Under the pieces are notes generated by a model. That model did not search any database and was not told the DNA's origin. It saw only the letters and a program-made list of their open reading frames with translations. 54,673 nt of DNA from Cystobasidiomycetes sp. EMM_F5 (Eukaryota), in the NCBI GenBank assembly GCA_051047955.1, contig JBPGPT010000041.1:62001-116673 (forward strand). Direction: 5' to 3'. Positions 47,477 through 54,673 of this stretch are shown in pieces; the first letter of the stretch is position 1; each line of letters opens with the position of its first letter. Both the position numbers and the translations under genes were made by a program.

Positions 47477-50234
47477 TTACTGAAGGTTCCAAATTTTGAC
47501 AAAGCCATCTTTGCCTCCAGTCGCCAAGTATCTGTCCATAAAGCGCAACCGCTCGACAGGACTAGTGTGGCCATTGAGCATGAGTTCCGACTGTTGTAAG
47601 GTGGTGCGGTTGTATACTTGAACAGCGTTGGTTCCGCCAGCTACTAAAATTCTGCGTGTATCGAATTGCAGCGCCGTGACGGGACCATCGTAGCGAAGGG
47701 TATCGACAGTGCGACCAGTTCTTAGATCCCACACTCGCACCGAAGTGTCAAGCGAGCCTGATACGAGGTTGAGAGAGTCGAATTGTAGACAAGTCACTGC
47801 GCCAGTATGGCCATAAAGTGTTCGTACCGCTTGTCCCGTACGCGTGTCCCACATGCGAACACATCCATCTGCTGATCCCGAAGCTAGGGCATAACTCCAC
47901 AACTGCAGTCCGCCTACAAAGTCGGAGTACATTTCCCAACTGCCGTCACTAAACGGCGGAGTAGGTTGGGAGAAATTAAACTGATGCGGATTGTTGTGCG
48001 CATTCGGGGTTGTGGGTGAATTGGGCGACCCTGCGTAAGAGGACATGCCGTAGGTGGATGACAGTCGCCGCAAGCCAGAGAGGGAAGCCTGCCGTCTGTT
48101 GGGCGTCACTAGCGCGGAAGACGTTCGCCAAGGATAGTCACTGTCATAGGAAAGCCTACTAGACGGGCTTCTATGCGACAGGCTAGGTCGATACGGCGAC
48201 GGAACGTTGGGTCTGGCTGCAGATCCCGCTTCATTCTGAGTTGTTGTTTCTGATGCTGAGGCGGTGGTCGAGGTGGCACCTTCCGTTTCATCGACCTGGC
48301 CAGGATTCGAGATTGCCCAAAGGATGTCCATAGTTACGACACACTGCCCTGTAGTTAGATCCCAAAGCCTAAGTGTCTTGTCTGATGAGCCTGACACGAG
48401 CGATGTGTCTTCGTATGACAAGCATGTAACGTCTTTACTGTGCCCGCCAAGGCATCGTAATCTAGATTTCGGTGCATTCGACTCGTCGCCTTGGGTACTA
48501 CTTTGACGAATGGAAGACGTTTCATCCCTACTGTCGTCACGTTCCTTCTGCTGTGGCTGCCCATCATGCAATGACGATGCACTAGACTTGGCGGACTCAG
48601 TCTGCGACTGATGTTTGGAAGCAAAGAAGACGTCTTCTGGTTCTTCGCGCATTCGTCGACCTAGGTAAGAGTTGGCGTACGCTTGCTGCTCAGCTTGACG
48701 AACGTCGCTCTCTTCGTCTATCGCAACTTGAAGATCCCAGATATAGATCTGGCCGTCCTGTCCGCCAGTAACGCATAGGTTGCCTTCCGTAAGCAAGGCT
48801 TTCACGTTGCCTCGGTGTCCACGGAGCTGAGCCAGCTCGGCACCATCTGTAAGGTCCCAAACGCGGACTGCATTATCTGGATCGTTATAAGAGGACACCA
48901 GGGTACCGTAAGGTTCGGAGAAGTCGAGAGCAGTGATAGAAGGTGGAGTTGGGTATGAATTTTGAGTTGTTGTAGCGAGGGTCATAAAGCACATGTTCGG
49001 TGGAAGATCATCGTGTTCAGAGGGCAGGAAGGCAGGACCTCTTCGCCGCCTAGAGGAGGTGGATGAGATGATGCGACCAGCATTTCGAGCGTCCAGAGCT
49101 ACTAGACGGTCTTGTATTCCTTCACCTGGATACGGAAGGAATGAAAGTATGGTCAGCGGGGCGTACCTACGGAACCAACGTTGTTACATACGCTCGTCGT
49201 CAAGCTCAAGCTCCTCTTCCTTCAAATTCAACAGTCTGTTCCTAAGCTCTTCTCGCACGCTTTGCAGCTTTGCTATCCGCTTCTCAATCTCGCTGAGATC
49301 GCTGTTTAGTAATTTCCGCCGAACGTGTAAAGCGTCTTTATCGAGGTTTATTTCCACGAGCTCCTGCTCCAACTCTGTCCGAGACAGCTCCTCTATCGCT
49401 TGATCTGCATTCAGCTTGTCCTCGCCGTTGGACACGCCCAGTCGGTCGTTGAGTGCAGCTGCACCGGGATGCAGTGTCGTCCGCCGTCGACTTTTGACTA
49501 TACGCCTCTTTGCCGTCGATTCAACCGATTCGATTTCGTAACCATCTGTACTGAGCAGACCCCTAGCTCTGTCTGATAATTCCCGCAAGCCCAGACTCGT
49601 CGCTGTTGCATCGGGATCGTGCAAGCCTAGCGCTCGTTCAGAAGCTCTAGCTCGCCGTTGTCTACGTCCAGTCTTCCGCGCAGACACGGAAGGAGCGGTC
49701 GCAGAGAATCCAGCATACAGCCCCACTTGATTTTCGGATTCAGGCTCTCCATCTTCCGGAACTGTCGGTAAGGCGAGGGGTATGGGAAGATCCAACAATC
49801 TATCGACGCCTTGTATGATTCGAAGATCCGTCGCCGTCAACTTCTGCTTGTTGCCGTAGCGAGCAGAATTGCTGTTGTATGAAGAATGTTGGCTGTTTGT
49901 AGATGAAGGCAGGGCTAACCGTAACCGGGCGAGCGAGACAAATGCGCTATTCGGTCCTGTGAGCGTGAGTGCAGATGAGGAAGAAGCTGAGGAGGACGAA
50001 GCTGTATTCGAAGAGTCTGATAATCCACCGGCGCGAAAAGCCGGCGACTGCAATATTCGGGGGTGTAGGATCTGAGGTGCCTGGAGGGTTGTGGAACAGA
50101 GCACCCAGCATCAGAGCAGACGTCAATGAAGCGACTAGTATTGCAAAGCTCCTCACCAGGTCTCGCAGTATTCGCGTAGACTTGCTGCCCGCACCACCCG
50201 CAATAGGCTGCAGGGCTTCGCGGTAGTCGGCCAT
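47477..50234 (-). CDS. MDV1: Mitochondrial division protein 1 (Fis1-Dnm1 adaptor, Mdv1/Caf4), multi-exon
   Basis: N-terminal extension with VGLYAGFSAT, coiled coil (IEKRIAKLQSVREELRNRLLNLKEEELELDD), ITALDFSEPYGTLVS, QCVVTMDILWA, ALASGSADGCVRMWDTRTGQ..RTL.GHTG, GGKDG.VKIW. Introns about 50081-50154 and 49127-49190. Confidence 0.93.
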
Positions 50235-50479
50235 TTGGACGGGGATGCAGGGTATTACTGTGCAGATGGGTGCACGGTCATTCAAGACTCAGTATGCATA
50301 GCATCGTGGCATGGATGGATGGAAAGGAGAGCAGCAATCAAGTTGGTTATTATAAAGTCGTTGTAATAAATTGATCAAAGTCAGACGACAACAACGCAGC
50401 CATTCTTCTGCTTTCCTCTGCTCCATTCAAGCAATCTGAAGTCTTGACATCCAGTCAACCCACACTCAGCCTGTTGACC

Positions 50480-51347
50480 ATGTCGGCCGCCGTGAACGCT
50501 CCCAGAGCGATATCGAAAGAAGCGATGCGAATGACGGAAAAGCTGCACAAGCTCCGGAATGGGCCAGGAGCATTCGAGCTGCCCAGAGAGATAAAGGAGA
50601 TTGAAATGACATTCGCAGCAAAGAACCGAGACTATGGCGCGAGGTGCGGATTTAATACAAATGGGTATCCAATTTATACCAAACTCACAGACGCAACACA
50701 GACACTTTTATCGGAATGCGCTACAGTCACTCATGTACACCAATCCTGATGTCAAATTCAACGTGCAACGGATTCCTCCAGCTCAGAATAAATCTGCCGT
50801 GATCTTGAAGTACCGTAGGTGGCAGCCCCATCTTGATCTTCATCAACGAGACAACACTGAACCACAAAGATATCCTTGCTGCCGGACACGTTGCGTGAAT
50901 ATCTTGTGTTTATCCCTGCGCGGGAAACTGTAATTAGGAGACGGGAGTGACAAGGTCTTGAGGGTGCAGCACAAGAAAGATTCGCACCTACTCAATCTAC
51001 TCCGGCATCACGCACTAGGCGAACCACTACTTCCTACTCCACCTAAACCACAGCGGCCTTCTGCCGTCAACGCCAAAGGTAAACAACCGGAAAGCAGTAA
51101 AAAAGGCGCGAAAGCGAATTCGGTGACGAAAGCAGAGTCGCCAGGGGCAGTGGCAGGAAACGCCTCAGAATCCACACCTCCATCTTCCACAGCAATCATA
51201 GCGCCTTCTAGCAAGTCTGCGAAACAAGAAAAGAAGGATTCAAGGAGAAAACCGAGATCGTCTCCCAAAGTCGACGCCTTGGAAGGCACGCCAGCGCCGA
51301 ATGAAGGAACAGAGCAGGGAGTCGCTCTCGGGACGGAGCGGCAGTAG
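50480..51347 (+). CDS. MRP49: Mitochondrial ribosomal protein mL61 (L51/S25/CI-B8 fold) with a low-complexity C-terminal tail
   Basis: LRNGPGAFELPREIKEIEMTFAAKNRDYGAR/HFYRNALQSLMYTNPDVKFNV resembles fungal Mrp49 (GPGA..LP...GAR.F.R..L..L.Y.NP). Second intron 50815-50937. Confidence 0.75.
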
Positions 51348-51587
51348 CTAGATCACGTCCATCAGAGCGTGATTTGAAGTGTGCGGGGGAATAGTCAGAG
51401 TAAACGGGTCACTTCAGACGCGGTGGTCTGTCCGTTTTACTGTAGAGTAATTGCGGCAGTGCAGTTCCATGCATATGCGTGTTGTAGTAATCTCAGAGCA
51501 GTCTCCTCAAACATGATTGCATCTTTTCTGACATCCTGACATCAGCTTGGCGTTGCTTTCTTTGCTTTTCGTCAATAGACCCGCAAC

Positions 51588-52841
51588 ATGCCCAAGGAAT
51601 CATTCGGCGGCACGACTGAGCGACATGAGCAACCACTCGAAGTGCCGCCGTCGTATGGCGAGAGCGTGCGGACAACGGGCAGTACTCGATCCAACAATCA
51701 GCAGCCAGCTCGGCCGCAGTCAATCAGCGGCCCAGTCATGGTAAACCAGCAATGGCAGCATCCGCAGGCTTCGTCGTCGTCGTCTAGCGCACAAGCGAGT
51801 CCTGTGATGCTGTCCTCGCCGTATGCTTCTGGCCTCAGTCCTGACTTGCTGCAGTTTGGCAACGACGACAAGGCTGGCTATTCAGCAGCAGCGACTGATG
51901 GACCCACTGCATCCTCATCGCGGACTTCCATGTCGTCCTTTGCTCGCCGTTCCAGCATGTCAAAAAAGGAAAAGAAGCCGTCGAAACAGGAGCAACAGAA
52001 TGACCGCGAAAGCAGTCATTTGCGACAATGGACGCCCTGTATCCCTCCGGAAGCACAGAAGGCACTAGCACCACTCACCCTGACTGCGGACGTCAAGCCC
52101 ATCACTGGCGTCTATTCGATAGAACTGTCCAACGCAGTCGCAACAAGCGATAACGGCAACGGAGTGTTGACGACAGTCTCGCCGACTGCCAGCTTCACCG
52201 CGACTCTTCGACACGATATAGACGTCACTCTCTTCTTTCGACCGAATCCATCGTCTCCTTCGCCTTTATCACCACAGAGCAAAGCACAGCCTCCTCCGCT
52301 TCCTGCTCGACGAGGTGGTGCAAGCAACGCTGCCCCGTCGCCAGCTGCGGATAGACCACCTGAAGATATTCCACTCCAAGTGCTCGTCAAATGCAATAAG
52401 GGCAAGCTCAAGCTATCCGTCCCGGATCGAATACCGTCTCGGCCACTACGTATCATATGCGTTCTTGAGAGTGAGATCTATACTTCATCTCGTAGGTGAA
52501 TGCCAGGTGACTGAAGCCAGCACCTTCAAACAGACAATGCTCAGATCTCACTTCCCCTCGGATTCGATGGCAAGCTGGCCATCTGGGCACCAGCGGGGAG
52601 CATCGAGTTATCAGAGCCTTTGCGATTAAACAGCACCATCATTCCATCAACACAGAACAATTCATACATTACCGTATACCGCATCACGCCATCTGTGACG
52701 GCCAGCGCGCCGAGCGCAGACAAGCAAGCAACCACTGTCGATTTGTGTCAGGTCAATACGAGTAAAGGCAAAGTCAGGGTCGATTATGCGAAACCGCCCA
52801 GAAGACCGGCAAATTCAGATGGGAATTGTACTGTAATGTGA
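51588..52841 (+). CDS. Uncharacterised protein with an N-terminal PPSY motif, a beta-rich (DUF7330-like) C-terminal domain and CaaX (CTVM)
   Basis: ORF 51588..52499 spliced (intron about 52471-52533) to NAQISLPLGFDGKLAI...VDLCQVNTSKGKVRVDY...NCTVM*. The domain name is tentative. Confidence 0.7.
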
Positions 52842-53078
52842 AGAGGTGGGACGATATACACGATATGTCACGCTGAAGCGGTATTTGTGGAGGTTGAGGA
52901 ATCGAAAATATGTCGTTGTATTGGTATCGTCAGCTTGGTCGGTGTGGGGGATGTTACGATACTTAGCATGCGTTACACTGCGGACACTACAAGATGACTG
53001 CGAAAGATTCCTGCTTGATATACTGTAATTGATGATACTGACTGCAAGACTTTATCGACTTTGTAATACTGATTTGAC

Positions 53079-54472
53079 CTACTGTGCAGCAATTCTGTCC
53101 TCCTCTTCTCTTGCAGCTTTCGCTTCTGCCTCACCCTCGTAGCCTTCTACCTGAACGTCATTCAAGCCAAGGTCTTCATTCTGCTCAAAGTCGCGTTCAT
53201 ACTCCTCCTCGACCATGTTTGGGTCTTGGTCTGGAGCATACGGATTCTGGATGTAGCTGTTTGCGAGCGGGTCGTCTAGGATCACAGTGAACGGCGTGTC
53301 TACTTGCATAGTCTAGAAATGCAGTCATCACGATGTCAGTCTGATGAAAGCAGGAACGCCGTAGGCTTTGCGCACCTGCTTTAGCTTGATGAGGAAAACG
53401 TCCATCTCTGACCCTTCTCCTTTTGCCGCTGCATCACCTCTTGCAAATACCTTCTCGTCGAGCTCCTCGTACACCTGATTGAGGAGTCCTTCCAGAGTCG
53501 TAAACCGTCCTCCGAGGGTGCCTGGCTGGAGGTGCAGCTCAATCTCTGGAATGGTGAGAGCGGCCGTCTCGCTCTTGAGTACGTCTCTGCTCAAGTCCTC
53601 TACATCCTCAACTTTGAGCGTCACCTTTCTTCCCTTTGCAGAAATGGCTCCTCCAGATTTAATCTCGTTGTCTCTGTACCCGCACGAATGGCAGTTTGTA
53701 GACATGAGCATGACTTCTTTGAAGTGGGGTATATCTACACTCTTCATGTAGGTCTCGAGCGTCGCACCGCACGATGAGCAGACGTCGGGAAAACTGTAGA
53801 CCTCCTCTGGGTTCTCCGAGATGTAGTCGTCCGTCAGGCTTACTGTTGGCGCGAGACCTACGTTTCGTCTATTCGTATCAACACTTCTTTGTTGCGTGCT
53901 AGATGAAGAGGAAGGTGGAGCTTTTCGAGAATGTAGAGCGGCAGTAGCGGCTGCTATAGCTGCTTCGCGTGACATTTCCTTGTGCGCCGCCGCCGACGAC
54001 GAACCATCATTCTGAGCAGCCGACTGTCCTGAATTTGCCATTCCAATCGCTTCATTCTGTGCTGTCGTACGTCTATACTCCTTCTTGGACCACTTTGGAT
54101 CCGACAGACCTCCTCTTGCCTCTACAAAACTGTTGCCCGTTGGGTCATCGAGCTTTACTGTAAATGTCTTTTCTAGCGCGAGGGATTGATCAAGACTCTG
54201 TGAATCATCGGGAACGACAGTCCGCAGTCTTTCTAGGAGCGATGCAATCTTTTCGTAAGTAGGAGGGTCGGTGTGTTTCCGTAAGGGTTGATCTAGTTCG
54301 AGATCTGCAATTGTCGCGCTGAGTACAGACTCGATCGTGGTCAATTGGCCTTTGCCCGGTGGAAGGGTGAGCTCGTATTCTGGAATACTGAGCGTCGCGA
54401 ATTCAGACTTTACGAGCTGGCGATCCAGGTCTTCTCGGATGGTTGCTTTGACGGTGTATGTACTGCCGAGTT
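53079..54472 (-). CDS. ZPR1: Zinc-finger protein Zpr1 (eEF1A chaperone); first zinc finger not present in the window
   Basis: [25 protein letters not shown], second finger CSSC...[71 protein letters not shown]...[13 protein letters not shown]. Acceptor CAG ends at 54473. Confidence 0.95.
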
Positions 54473-54673
54473 CTGGGGTGTACATAATGTAGAGACATGA
54501 GACAGATTACGAGGAAAAGTTGAATGATAGGCGATATCGCAGCCAGAGGAGGGCGGGGTGAGTCAGAGCGAGGTGAGATGAGGTGAAAATGGCGGTGATC
54601 AAGCAAGCAAGAGCAGTGAAAAGAGGGAAGAATAGAATGAGTAATCAGAGGAGAGCGAGATGAGGGATGGCGA

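Noticed and set aside
52620..52841. 73-aa CTVM-ending ORF as a pheromone gene
   Set aside because: It is the in-frame last exon of the 51588 gene.
1..54673. CRISPR arrays, rRNA/tRNA genes, intact transposons, TGA-CTA read-through signals
   Set aside because: No repeat-spacer arrays, recognisable structural RNAs, or transposase/RT motifs were seen by eye, and the stop codons I checked lack the TGA CTA context. A covariance-model scan would be needed to exclude small RNAs.

Overview
Compact, intron-rich eukaryotic genome segment from a fungus, most likely a basidiomycete yeast (taxon is my inference). Introns are mostly about 50-70 nt, GT-AG, with CTRAY-type branch sites, so the ORF track splits most genes; I rebuilt the spliced models by hand. 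Conserved genes, left to right: 3' end of an acid sphingomyelinase, ESF1, two tandem intronless F-box paralogs, a 3-ketoacyl-CoA thiolase, a DUF6533-type 7TM protein, PPM1, an ankyrin-RCC1-BTB protein (btb1/IBTK-like), MRPL35, a mitochondrial PDK/BCKDK-family kinase, a secreted BBE-like FAD oxidoreductase, VMA5, RTC1/SEA2/WDR24, MPDU1, PEX16, a large Q-rich ARID protein, a second DUF6533 7TM gene, MDV1, MRP49, a PY-motif/CaaX protein and most of ZPR1. Between PEX16 and the ARID gene (about 34.2-39.5 kb) is an island with no housekeeping genes. It holds an orphan ORF, three co-oriented microproteins with a Cys-containing hydrophobic segment (two clear paralogs that also share a 14-nt upstream motif), and a degenerate HNH-endonuclease-like relic. 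This island is the best candidate for an undescribed system. Other notable points: the ARID protein has a Med15/Gal11-like C-terminal helical region but no visible KIX domain; the thiolase has a PTS1 (-ARL) and no PTS2; the FAD oxidoreductase needs a 4-nt microexon; two genes need GC-AG introns. All family assignments come from motif recognition by eye, with no database searches. I found no tRNA, rRNA, CRISPR array or intact transposon.
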